From Paragordius varius (lineage: Eukaryota; Animalia; Nematomorpha): 64,000 bases of DNA. A program made the position numbers and the translations under genes. This document shows, piece after piece, positions 51,031 to 64,000 of the stretch (within the stretch, counting starts at the first letter, position 1; the number at the start of each line of letters is the position of its first letter). The notes beneath the pieces were generated by a model. It made no database searches. It was not told where the DNA came from and was given only the letters and a program-made list of their open reading frames with translations. The stretch is from positions 3,348,001 through 3,412,000 of the forward strand of contig OZ176056.1 of assembly GCA_964247055.1 (NCBI GenBank). Direction: 5' to 3'.

Positions 51031-51255
51031 CAAATTGAAATTTAGGTATCTGAATACCCAGACTAAATTTAAGTTAGATTTTTAAACTATGGAAGGAAAC
51101 GGTCCCAATTTATATTTATGCTTCTATCCTAATAAAAATTATATAAATATGTCAAAATATTTAAATATAAATTTGTTTTGAAAAAATGTTTATGTCAAAC
51201 TACTTCGACGCCTTTATTTTACAATATTTTTGCAAAATATATACTTCATTTAATC
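51031..51255 (-). mobile_element. piggyBac-type MITE, copy H (partial)
   Basis: GGTATCTGAATACCCAGACTAAATTT...GAAGGAAACGGTCCCAATTT...TCAAACTACTTCGACGCC; only the short-end half is present. Confidence 0.7.
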
Positions 51256-52939
51256 AATTTAACCTTGGAAAATTATTATTTTATAACCATTACAATTATG
51301 TTGGATTCACGATATAAAAAAACTATAAAATATGATAGCGAAAAAGTTTGGTATGAAGATCTTACAATTTTTATTTTTTTAAAAAAATCTATCGTGCACT
51401 TTAAGACTAACTAACGCATATTTTTGAAATTGGTCCGATTCTATAAATATTTTATAAGATAAACTTTTAAATGGTACTAGGGCATGAAACTACCCTGAAA
51501 GCTCCTAAAGTGTAGAAAATGTGTTTTTATCTTGAATGTGTTTTAATAAGGTTTCCATCATTCAAAATTAGTTTAAATTCGCTCCACCAATATTTTGGTA
51601 TTGATCAAATACTTAACCAAAACCAATTTTAAAATTAAAAAAACAGTTAAAAATTTCATTGCTCAATATTAACATTTTTGATTTCAGTTATAATCGCTTC
51701 ATTCCAGAAAAAATCAATAAATATTATAAACTTTTTAAAAGCAAAACACTATTTTTATAAAAATTTTGTTTTTTAGATGTGGGCTTAGAAAGTCTCAAAT
51801 TTTTCTCTTCAAAACTGGGCTAATATAAGGACCATGCGATATATATGCTAGATTATGGCATAGTAAAATATTTTTTAAAAATGTATACCAAAAAATTAAT
51901 TATCAGCAAAATTTTGGTGAAATGTACTTCATGCTGTTTCAAAGAATGGTGCAAACAATATAAAATTAAGATATCATCAAATCACTTATAAAATTTAATA
52001 ATGGTGATTTTTATTACCCCAGATTTTAATTAAAAAATTTGTTTGTCTTCTATATAAAAAAAGGTGTTTTTTTACAAAATCACGATATTTGTAAGCATAG
52101 GAACCTTAAATTAAATTGAGGTGTACAAATGTTCGGAGTCATCGAATAAAGAAAAGATGCCTCTTTAAAAAGTAGATTAGACAATTTTATTTATAAATTC
52201 GCCATTTTACCGTTTATTTTCCGAGAACCAGTCCATATTTAACAAAACTTTAATTTTTAGATGAATCCAAGTCTCGAACACCCCCCTTTTAATGGGCTAG
52301 TGCTTTTAAAAACAATGCAAAAAAAGCTGAGATTATGCGAGAACAGTTTTAAATATATGGTAGACTGAAAAAATGCATAATTTATTAAATTTGATTTTTA
52401 GCGAAATTAAGAAGACCGTATTGTATGGTATTTCGAATAAACATTAAAACTGTAAAAAGAAATTTTGATATTATAATAACTGAGTTCTTTATTAATCGAT
52501 GAAGCTCGACATTTTTTATACCTCAGCATTTCGAATAAAAGTCTTGTCCGTCATTCATTATAATATAGTTATTTTTACAAAAAAATGTATTTAATTACAA
52601 GACGCACAAACGTTTAAATGGTTGATTTTGTGTAATTGGATCACACTGCGTCCGAAATCGGGATCCTGATGAAATCTATATATTCTTAGGAAAAGATATC
52701 AATCAAGGGGCTTTTAGTTTTAGCACTTACGTGTGATACAAGAAACTATTTAATACTTTTCTGCTCCATATAAGAAAATGGCAAAGTTTTCGCACTTTTT
52801 TCATACATTCATTATTCTCTTCGCGTAACCACTAAATTTTTAGTTTGTATACCCATTATAATTAGTCAAGTCATTTAATATATATGATATATTAAATAAA
52901 TGGCTACAATATACTTTTAATGGTTGCTTATTTCACGCT

Positions 52940-55900
52940 CTTCTTTTTTCATGCATGAAACCATGTGATTGAAAGCGGCAAGATATTCAAGGATAGTATA
53001 ATTTTATTATATACTATAAATATATTTAAAAAATATGTTTCCTTTTAGTAATTATTAATCTTTTTCTTTGTTTTGTAGAGTTTTTATTGTATTTGTATGC
53101 TAAGTATGTAATTTAAAGAGTAACATAATTCTTAAGTCATCAAAAATCATTGTTATACAGATCTCTTTTTTTTTCTCTACTCCTTGGTGCCTAATTATTT
53201 TATTTTTACTAGCCTAGCCATAATTGCTTTATATTTTTCTTTTATGATTGCCAGACAGATTAAAATATCAATATTTATAATTTATCCAAATTAACAACAT
53301 TTATAAAGATTACTCTTTAATTTTAATTATTCTCGATATTTATTTTTTGTAAAGAGGGTAAGTGAGAGGGAAGGCAATGGCAAACCACCCTCGTTTATTA
53401 CTGCCAAAAAATAGTTTTACTATATGAACTTAACAAGACTTTTCAAAGTTGGATGCTGGAACGTACGTTCCTTAACATCAACCAAACAGGTGATAATTGA
53501 AAAGGAAATGGAAAGATTGAACATAGATATACTGGGTCTAACGGAAACCAAGCAAAAAGGTAGCGCGAAAGTACAAAACGAAAATTATACATTGTTAAGA
53601 TCGGGGAGAGATGACCAGAAATCTGAAGGCGTTGCAGTATTAATAAAAAACAAATTAAATAAAAGTCTCATTAGTTATACACCATATACACCCAGAATCA
53701 TGAGTATTAGGCTGAATGCCAAGCCACTTAAATTTACATACATGGTAATCTATGCTATTACGTCAAACGCTCCCAAAGAAGACATAGAGGACTTTTATGC
53801 AACGTTGCAAATAGTTTTGGATGAAACAAAGAAAGGAGATATGATTATCATAAAAGGGGATTGGAACAGCAAAGTTGGTAGAGGTAGAGTAGATCAAATA
53901 GTCGGGCCATATGGATTGGGAGAACGAAACGAGGCCGGGGAAGCACTGATCAATTTTTGTCAAGAAAATGAGATGATGATAACCAACACATGGTTTCCAC
54001 AACACAATAGGAGGTTATACACATGGACCTCTCCATGTGGTAAATATAAGAATCAAATTGATTACATAATGTGTCCTCAAAAATGGAAAAGCTCTATAAT
54101 CGATACCAAAACAAGCAAAAGCAGCGATTGCTTTAGCGATCATGAGCTTCTAATAACCAAAATCAAACTTAAAATAATTAAAAATAAGGTTAAACAGATA
54201 TACAGATATGACACTCGGAACATTCCAAATAGTTTTAGAACAGAAACCAAAGATAGATTAGGAAGATTGGACAATGGATGTAGCTCAGAGCAATTATGGG
54301 GAACGATAAAAAATGTTGTTAATGAAGTGGCAAAAGAAAAAGTGCAGAGAGTAAAGAGGAAAGATAACAAATGGATATCAGAAAAGAGTATAGAGATAGC
54401 AGAAAAGAGGAGAAAAGCTAAATCAAGAGGTGATAATAAAATGGTAAAATTATATAACAAAGAATTTCAACGACAAACAAGGAAGGATTACGAAGATTTT
54501 CTTAATAAACAATGTATGGAAGTGGAATTAAATAACAAAAAAGGATTAATGCAACCAATGTTCCAGAAACTGAAGCAAATGACTCATAAACCTTTTATAT
54601 CATCACAAAAGGTTAAAAAAGAGAATGGCACCATATTGTGCAAACAAACAGAAGTACGAGAAAGATGGAAGGAATACACCAAAAACTCTATCAGGCTCCT
54701 CAAGCAAAGGTGTTGCAATTAAAAGAAGAAGAACGTGATCCAGATATATTAAGAGAGGAGGTTAAATTAGCCTTAAAACAAATTCCTAACAACAAAGCGA
54801 TGCGATTAGACAATATCCCAATAGAGTTCATAAAAGCTATTCCCGTTGAAAAGTTACACCAGTTATGTCAAAAGGTGTGGGAAACATGTGAGTGGCCAAA
54901 CGATTGGGCATCATCTGTATATCTCCCAATATATAAAAAAGGAGATGTACTCCAATGCGAGAATTATCGGAACATATCTCTTATTAGCCACGCTAGTAAG
55001 GTCTTACTAAAAGTAATACAAAACAGAATGCACAGTATCATACAGACAGAAATACCAGAAAATCAAGCCGGATTTATGAAGGGAAAAAGCACAAGAGACC
55101 ATATCTCAAACATGAGAAGGATAATGGAAACATCAAAAGAGTGCCAGAAAGAATTATACATGTGTTTTATTGATTACAGACAAGCATTCGATTCAATTAA
55201 CCATGACTCCTTGTGGGAAACATTAAAGTTAGTAGGGGTATCGTCTCACTTAATAAGATTGATTAGCTCTCTGTATGTAAAACAAAGAGCGATTATTAGA
55301 ACACCAGCGGGGGACACAGACGAAATACCAATCTTGAAAGGAGTCAGACAAGGGTGTTGCTTATCCCCTTATCTGTTCAATATGTGCGCAGAAATGATAA
55401 TGAGGAAGTTGGATGGTAAAAATATTGGAGTAAGAATAGGAGGGAGAACAATCAATAATTTAAGGTTTGCAGACGATACCACTCTTATAGCTGAAAGTGC
55501 AAATGATTTGAAGGAATTGATTGAAGAGATTCGAAAGAAAAGTTTGAGGTATGGTCTTAGGCTTAATCCTAACAAAACCAAAATATTATGTACAGGAAAA
55601 AAGCCTACAATTATAATAGAAGGAGTAGAAATAGAAATAGTTAAACAGTTAACGTTTTTGGGCGCAATAATTTCAGAGGATGGGTCTTCAACTCCTGACA
55701 TCAGAAAGAGAATAGGATTGGGTAGAGAAGCGATGACCAAATTAATAAAGATTTGGAAAAACAAAAGCGTAGGAGTTGAAACCAAAAAAAGATTACTCTA
55801 CTGTTTCGTTCTCCCGGTCACCACATATGGATGTGAGAGTTGGACTCTCAGAAAAAGGGACAAAGAAAGGCTCATGGCTTTTGAAAGGAGCTGCTGGCGT

Positions 55901-56243
55901 AGGATGCTAGGATACACCTGGAAGGATAAAATTAAGAATGGAAATCTAATTTCAGAAATAAAACCTAAAACAAACATACTGGAGATAATTCTAAAAAGAA
56001 AGTTAACATATTTTGGTCATGTCATGCGATCGAATTCTCTGGAGAAAGATACAATGTTTGGGAAGGTAGAAGGGCAAAGGAAACGAGGCCGACCACCGAT
56101 GAGGTGGTTGGATATGATAAAAGAAGAGACCAAAATGACACTGAAAGAGCTCAATATAGCGGTTAAAGATAGAAAAAAATGGAAAGAAATAGTTAAAACT
56201 ATATCCAAAAAGTCGTTTACGACTTAGGAAAAACCAACCAACC
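52940..56243 (+). mobile_element. Apparently full-length RTE-clade (BovB-like) non-LTR retrotransposon, 3304 bp
   Basis: 10-bp TSD ATTTCACGCT (52930-52939 and 56244-56253); 3' (CCAA)n tail; 5' UTR motif GAAGGCAATGGCAAACCAC; APE and RT coding region. Confidence 0.92.
53424..56227 (+). CDS. LINE APE endonuclease + reverse transcriptase, about 934 aa if one frameshift near 54681-54685 is repaired
   Basis: APE motifs WNVRSL, GLTETK, GDWNSKVG, QIDYI, SDHELL; RT motifs NYRNISLISHASKV, QAGF, FIDYRQAFD, GVRQGCCLSP, FADD, FLG. The two ORFs join at an A5 run (TACACCAAAAACTCTAT). Confidence 0.9.
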
Positions 56244-56520
56244 ATTTCACGCTATAATAGGGCAATTCGAAACACAAGAGCATATGGAAAAAAGGAAGGA
56301 AATAATTGTTTATTCAACATTCGTCGTTTTTACCATCACTGCTGAATCGCTCTACTATAGTGTGAAATAAGCAACCATTAAAATGCATACTGGTAATGTA
56401 CCCAAAATTTCTAGATACTATTTTCTCAATTTACGGGAAATCTAAAAACCGTAATAATAATAATTTATTTACATTTTTTCCAATATTTTATGTATACATA
56501 TATTTATCAAATGCTGATAA

Positions 56521-59500
56521 TTAAATCACACTGTCACCAATGAGTGTTGAGGTAAAATACTTGTTTTTGGAAAATGCGACTAGAGATTTGTATGGTTCAA
56601 ACGGTCCAGTTTTAACAAAACTCTCATTGTAAAGGACATTTATACAGGATTGAGCTTCGCTGAATAAAGTCATTTGAAGATAGAGTAAACATACATTGTG
56701 TCTGATTACAAATAGTTCTCGAATATCCTCTGGTTTATTCTGTTTAATGTGGGGAGATATTAGTTTTTGGTATATATGCAAAGTTTTCTCAAAATCTTTG
56801 AAGTATTTTGTATAAATTTCGGCAACCAAGTATAATCCTTTATGGTTATTTGGATATTGCTTTAACATAATATTCATGGTTTCAATAAGGTTTTCCTCTA
56901 CATAGTTGGCAGTGTTATCATTTTTCTTGATTTGCGTGAATTGGGTATAAAGAAGTCTATACAAATTATTGAAGGAGAAAGAAAATTGGTCTATAAAACT
57001 TTTTAACGATACATGCGAAGATAATTGAATAATATAATCCGTAATAAATCTTTCATATTGAGAGTTTTGATCAATATTTTGTAATGCATCTGGCGCGGAG
57101 CATAAATTATGCAGAAGTGATAAAACTGTTTTTATAACTTCCCCATTTTTTATGTTATCCAATAATTTCTTCAAAGACGCTAACGGACAAAAGTTAATTT
57201 CTGTAAAGGTTTCTAAAAAATCAATCACAGAATTTGGCTCATTTTTATCCTTTATCAACAACATTATTTGAGCGTAAGTAAGAGCTTTAGAAATCGCATT
57301 GAATTGGTCAATATTTATGTTTTGGGCATAGCTAAATAGATAAATAATATTTAGTTTTATTACACATTTAATATAAAATTAGTGATTACCTTTTTACAGA
57401 GGTAAGAAACATGTGAAATAATTGGATCTGATAATCTTGGGGATATATTTTTAAATATTTATGGTACAAAATTTCAGCACATGCTAGCTGGTGAGTGCGA
57501 TGATACAACTTGGCTAATAGGCTGTATGCTTTGGGCCAATGAAATGGTAAGACACCTTCGTTTTCGATTGCATTAAGATGTTTTTCTAATTCATAAACTG
57601 CTTTTTCATACTTCTCAATGGATAACTAAGAAATATGAATAGTTATAAAAATACAGTAATATAAATAAAACGGTAAAAAATTTGTACTTTTAGTCTATCG
57701 CTCTTGGAATATATCCTTGCAATATTCATTATGGTTCCAACATCATCATATTGTAATCTCAATGCTTGATTAAAACAACACAAGGCTTGGTTGAGATCGT
57801 TTTGTTCTTCGTAATAAAGGCCCAGGTTATTCCATGGTTTAGCGTTTAGAGGAACGACCCGAGTTGCTGATAGCATGAGACTTTGGTTATTTTTCCAATC
57901 TTGGTTACGGAAATAGCACTTTGTTCCATAAATAAATGTGATGGAAGCAAGAATTATTTGGACATTTGTCAATGATCTAAAAACATATATATAGCTAAAA
58001 AAATCTGTACCAAAATCAAGGCTGGTAAATTTTATTCGATTCTTTCGTGCCTAATTTATTTCAATTAAAAAATGACAGATTAACCCAGTACTTTTTGCTA
58101 AAAAAACTTATAATGCCTCTTGGATTAATTACTCATTAAATTAATTAAATTACATTAAACTTAATAATGAACGCTAATGTGATAGTAAGATATTCCAATT
58201 TATTTTAAATAATAATTATTTTTAATATAAAAATATTATAAAGAATATAGCAATCAAATCCAACCTGTTATCTTTGTGTATTTGTAAAAGTATCCATAAT
58301 AACAGCATTGTAATTCCTAAACTAGGGATGTATAAAACCCTTTCGGCCAAAACAAATCCAACAGAGAAAAATAGGTTTGAGGAGGGAATAAATGGGATGT
58401 AGGCTATGCTAAAGCCCTAAAATAAGAATATTTAATTGGTAGTGTTCTAATTTAGTTTGCTTTTTAACTTTTATTTACTAATTTTTTGGATAGTGTATTT
58501 TTAACATCTGAAATCGTGTGGCAATATTCAAGGGCATAGTTTTGCCATAACTCTTTTGGAGTTATGCTTTTTTTAACTTATTTAACATATTTAACCAAGA
58601 AAATTTCTATTAATGTTTTTTACGGTTTTCAAATTGGGTTTGATGGCGAAATTGTTACAACTATTGTAGGTAATCGAATTACGGTTATATGTGGATAAAT
58701 ACAGTATAGATATCATGCATCTTTTTAATTGTATATGTGAAAATTTGGAATAAGACAATTAAACCTAGTGACAATCGAATAATTCTTTAAAATAGAATTT
58801 TATCAAGATTTCATTAAATTAATTTAAATCTCTTTTGACAGATTTTAATACAATTATAAAATAAAAATCTAAAAAAAGATTTTAAATTATGCTTCGCTCA
58901 AAATGCTTAAAAAATATAATCAGAATGTTAATAAATCAGCTGGGGCGCATTTTGGTTTAAACCCTCCATTAATTTTTCAGATAATAAATATTATATCCTT
59001 TTAAAAGTATTAAATTTTAAGCTCTTGTGTAAGCTAAATTAATATATCCATTTAATATTACATAATTAACTCTCTAAAATCGATTTTAAACTAAAAAATT
59101 ATTGGACCGTATAAAAAAATTAAAACTTAAGTAACTACCATTGTAATAAATAAGATGTGTTTTGCAATATAGTTGTTGGATTTAGTAATTTTTTCTAGGG
59201 ATAGAGGTGGGATTATATTTTTTCCTTTGTTAGGAATGGATGTTGGCATTTTTTTACCAAAATTAATCTCTATTAACTCTTTTTCATTGTTAATGCTGTT
59301 GTTTCTTTCGCTCGGATTATTTTTGCTGTAATTATAATTTTTATTATTGTTATAGTTAATGGAAGTTGAGTTATTTTTTAATACTGTATAACATAGTGCT
59401 GCTGCTGGTTTTGACAATAAAGGCAATCTCCTAACGACGAGTTTGCTTATGAGGTAAGATTTAATCAAAATTAAAAGTAAAATCATTAAAGTTAATAGGT

Positions 59501-62500
59501 TTCTCGTATCTTTAATTCCGTGGATGAGAGGTATAGCATTCCCAGACCAGTCACAGCTTAATGCAAAAGGCCACACTATTTTCCAATAATTTAGTGCAAA
59601 CAGGTAGGAGTTGTGCAAAAGTTTGTTTTTCCAATTACGTTCAAAACTGTTTGGATTATCATACCTGAATAAAATAATAACATCAAGTATTAAAGAGTTA
59701 ATCTATAAATTATTTATGCGTATTTTATATCCATGTGAAATTACTTGAAAAACTTTGGTGTTTGAAAGTCCATAATCCAAAATCTTAACAGTAGGCATGA
59801 GATCATTCCCAGAAAATAGCAAGTTTGATGGAGAAGAAGCGCTTTCAAATTTGATTTTGGGCATGTTAACTAATCAAGAAATAAAAAACAGAAATGTTTA
59901 TAAAAACCAATTATAGATACCCCAAATTTTCAAAAAAATTAAGTAATTACCCATTTAACAAAGCAGTAAGTTGCCATGATAAGAATAACTGTGGTACCTT
60001 GTTCTTTGAAAAGCATGGCACACAAACCGAAAAACAAACTAGCGATTGAAAATCCTAGGTAGACATAAATGTAAGCTAACTGGTATATATTTTGTGAAAA
60101 GTTAACAAAATATAAAAATCTTTACTTTTGTTTTGTTGGACGCAACATATTAAAGCAATTAAAACACATATACAGGATAGGATCTCACTGCGTCCGACTA
60201 TGCTTGTCACCTTTAATGTTAAGTAAGAAACATTATATATAGATTTCATAAAATTATTATGAAAAAAATTTTTTTTATAATATATATTACAGCGTCACAG
60301 TGTATCGGATTAACTGCAAATAGGATAGTTGTCCATATCGCAATATTTTCGTTTCGCTTTTTTTCGCAATTATCAACAGAAACGGGCAAAAGCATATTGG
60401 TAAACCTAATTTGATAAATATAATTTTTCTTTGAATGTAATAATATTAATGGTTAGTTACAGCTTCTCTTGTGAGATAATAAAATGGGAAAAATAATTTT
60501 AAAAAACGTTTTGCCAGCCAATATTTATAAATATACAAGTATTAAATTATAAGCCAAAATATTTTGGTTTTATAAACCAAAGAAAACCACTAATTTTTGC
60601 TAAAAAATGCGGTCACCTTGTTTTAGGGAAATATCCCAAAACTTAATTGGCAAATTTTTTAATTAAGTTTCAACAAAAATAATTTCATACATGGTAGGTT
60701 ACCAGGTTAGTTTAAAATTTTAAAAGGTACCGTACTTTTTATAATGAAATCAGATGTTTTGTGCTCTTTTCCCAAGTAACAAACAAAAGATAATTGCCAA
60801 TTTAAAATTAAAACTGTATATCAAACTCATATATAATTTCCTATAAATGCCTACCCGATATTTGTAGTTGAAATAAATTAATCTCATTAAAAAACTTTAT
60901 GAAGAGATTCTTTTAGAACCAACATCTCTCAAATTTTCCTTGTAACCATTTATATCCCAAATTTTTAAAAGCTGAATTAAAAATAAAAAACCGCTAAAAA
61001 TTAAGATTCTGATAAATGGTGTGCCCTACTCCCACCTATTTATATAAAATTTTCTTTTTCAGAACTGTTAATATGTTTAGATGATATTTAAGTTAACTAG
61101 ATAATAAATAGTTATTGGTAGATTTGAGTTCATTTTACCATGCCAATTCCCAAATGGCAAAGGCATCAAAACATTGTTGCCTATTAATTTTTGTGATAAA
61201 ATCATTATATAATAGCTGCTTTGATAGATTTTGTCTCTCAATTTCGTTTCCAAAACTATTAGCAGCACAGTATTTGGTGAAAAAAATTAATTTTAAAGTT
61301 AAATATCATTTAGGGAATTTACATTTTGCAGAGAATGCTAAACGTGCGTGATCTCAAGCTGCAAATATAAATACATTTTTTCACGTTTTATTTTATATAC
61401 TTAATTTTTTAGTACTCTATGATACTAAAATTTAAGATAATCATACATATTGTGGTTTTACGACCTTTAATTCAATTTATATACACTTTTTACTTTAAAA
61501 CTAATAAAAAAAGGCAAAAAAAATAACCTGTAAATTAAAACACAAGCGATCCCATGTAATACAATGTTGCAGAGATGAAAACTCCAAGCTTTTTGATTCA
61601 AAGCATAATTGAGTCTAAATGTTAGCGTTGTCAAAGGTCGATATGATTTATGACTCATTTCCTATAACACAGAAAAAAATTATTATCAATAAATTCAGCA
61701 AATATAAATTTTTACAAAAATTTTTTTTCTAAAGATACAAAGTTAATATATATATTAGTGAAAGGTAAAGTATACACTTGACTTCATCTATTGTGCCTCA
61801 GAGTAATAAATTTAACCATAAAATAGATATTGCCTACTAGTATACTTTGAATAAAAAATTTGAACAAAATTAAATGTTTATCATAAAATTATTTTCTCTG
61901 TGCGGATTTTATACTTTTGTAATCCCTAAAAAATGTGAACAAACTAAATATATAAAAGAAAATCTGATGTTGTGACCATAAAACGTATGTTGCTTAAAAT
62001 AAAGTATAAATACGCAAATTTTATATTTTGATGTCAAACTCATGAATATTCATTGAACGTATATACCAGCACAAAAGCTGGCTTTTAAACTTTGTATTAA
62101 AAAAACTTTACATATAATGAATGCATCAATAATTAGCCTATTAAAATGTTATAGGATATGTTAAATTATTGGTTATCATTGCTAAGTCGTGGCTAGATAA
62201 TAGAAATTTTTAAATATATGTAAATTGGAACCCCAAAAATAACCCTAATTGTGGGCAAAAACTGAGGTTTCTGAAAAAGTAAAATTAAAATTTTTAAATA
62301 TATATATTGAACTCAAATAATGTAAAATAAAATTTTTGGTCTTTTTTGAGGGTTTGTGGTAAGGTCTATTCAATTTAAAATAATAGCAAAGTGATTATTA
62401 ACGTAGCTATAAAATATAAAGTCACTGTATTTTAAAAAGCTTAATATGACAGGGTATCAGTGTATAACAAATGTAATGCACAAAAGTTAAATTTTTTGTT

Positions 62501-62858
62501 TATAGCAAAAAACCTCTCTAATATCATTTCCCCAGTAATCATGCTTCCAAATATCAATCCAAGGTTTTAGAGCTATTACCATAGATTTTGATGTCAAATT
62601 TTTTTCATTGAAATGAATATTTAAATCTCCAATATTAAGAAGGGAAAAACTCAATGATTGGTATATGATTGTCAAAAATTTAAGAATATCCAAATTTTTC
62701 CATCCAGCCGTAACGTCGGGATTGTTAAGAATAGCTGGAAAATCGTCGAAAACAAAATCACAATATATGGCATTGTGATAAACAATTGCAATTATCCCCG
62801 CAATTAAGCATTTAGGGTATTTGAGGAGTATGATAGTTTTGAAAATATTTCTGTCCAT
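56521..62858 (-). CDS. TMTC: TMTC-family protein O-mannosyltransferase (transmembrane + TPR), 11 exons, about 980 aa
   Basis: Exons 62858-62514, 61661-61528, 60405-60291, 60210-60126, 60075-59951, 59869-59745, 59664-59139, 58416-58265, 57976-57688, 57625-57390, 57331-56521. Motifs [81 protein letters not shown]. The paralog (TMTC1-4) is not resolved. Confidence 0.92.
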
Positions 62859-64000
62859 ATTTTATGCCTTTTTAACACTAAAGTAATTGAATAGGAGATG
62901 CATAATTGGAGTAATTTTATATTTTTTAATTATCCGATCAAGTATTTATTATTGTTATTAGATGATGTGGAAATTATGGAATTAGTGATCCCAGCACACT
63001 CACACACAAAAGGATTAAATTTCATACATCTACCATCCATATTTAGAATAACATAGCATTTGATCTAATAGTATAAACGTTTATTATATGATTGGAATTA
63101 TACGCTATAAAAATAGATTTATGATGTAGAATCATTTTCGCTTACTGTAAAATATAAATGTATAGATTAAGGATCAAAGGTTAAATTTATTTTGGACGAT
63201 TGGCGGCAAAATAATCTGGTAATATTGTTGGCATTTGTGCAATTTATATATTATTGTGATGTTGTTTAAATATCACATCATTGGAATTTTCTAATGGATG
63301 GATGGAAGAATGGTTTCAATTAAATTGAATTATGACAAATTGTGACAAAAATAATGTTGATATCTAGCAAACCAAATAATTTTGAGGCATATACTATCTG
63401 TATAATTTCTGGTATTTCCTTAAAAGCAATTATTGTACAATGATTAGTTCAATTAAATTACAATAATATTTTTTATGATATAAATATGAAATCTTGACGA
63501 TATTATACCAATACAGTATAAAAAACCCTTTCACACATACCACCAACAATACTTACTGATATTGTACGTTTTTTATTACATTTTTAGATATATTGACAAT
63601 TATGGAAAATTACCATTGTATATATACATATTATATACTAAATGGATAGGCATATACCCTTATTAAGAAACAGTAACAGATGGTAGAAAAAGCTTTTAAC
63701 AATAAAAATGACAACATTTATATTTTCCAGTGACATTTATTGGTTTTGCTTTTTATGTATATTTTATATGTCCCTTTTAGTCCCCATATTTTTTTGTTTA
63801 CAATAGATTTTAGGCATAAATGTAATAAAAATTATTTTATATTTGAATTTAAATTAGAGATATTATTGTTAATCTAATACAGTAGCGTATGGCATAAAAA
63901 ATTATTAGTCCATAATAGGATTAAAAAGTTTTTTTAAAAAAACAATTCTATTATATACACATATCCATAATATCCTTGTTTTTTGAACATTTTTTATTCT

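Larger units (their letters stand above)
52913..56385. mobile_element. Small MITE (about 170 bp) split by the RTE LINE
   Basis: Removing the LINE rebuilds a left TIR TTTTAATGGTTGCTTATTTCACGCTATAATAGGGCAATTC that matches the reverse complement of 56341-56385 (TTTTAATGGTTGCTTATTTCACACTATAGTAGAGCGATTC). Confidence 0.8.

Noticed and set aside
54670-54700. Programmed -1 frameshift between the two LINE ORFs (C AAA AAC)
   Set aside because: RTE elements encode APE and RT in one ORF, and the heptamer is not a full X XXY YYZ; a 1-nt deletion or homopolymer error is simpler.
53763-56245. Minus-strand ORFs of 63-138 aa overlapping the LINE
   Set aside because: Antisense shadows of the purine-rich LINE ORF.

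Overview
Very AT-rich eukaryotic genomic DNA from an invertebrate animal; there are no prokaryotic features and the species cannot be determined from sequence alone. By hand-splicing GT-AG exons I recover ten genes. On the minus strand: a partial secreted protein (<1-693), a coiled-coil protein (951-6146), TAF9 (7509-8244), an orphan secreted Val-rich/Arg-Thr protein (19043-19861), a ZDHHC1/11-like palmitoyltransferase (22317-~24892), PPCDC (30343-31798), PIP4K2 (37256-48630) and a TMTC O-mannosyltransferase (56521-62858). On the plus strand: an IGFBP7/KAZALD1-like protein (13638-18076) and V-ATPase subunit e (32234-32578). TAF9, ATP6V0E and most of ZDHHC are invisible in the ORF track. The most striking signal is the splicing system: TAF9 needs 25-nt and 23-nt introns and ATP6V0E a 29-nt intron, these coexist with kb-long TE-filled introns, and 5' splice sites are highly degenerate (+5 G in about 10 of 48 modelled introns). 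Intergenic and intronic DNA is a layered set of transposons: eight piggyBac-type TTAA MITE copies, a foldback family, CACT-terminal elements, a Harbinger-type MITE, TA-inserted MITEs with 21-bp subterminal repeats, a Helitron, mariner remnants, and a near-intact RTE/BovB-like LINE. Several insertions are nested and carry readable target-site duplications (TSDs). All gene models are manual and untested against transcripts.
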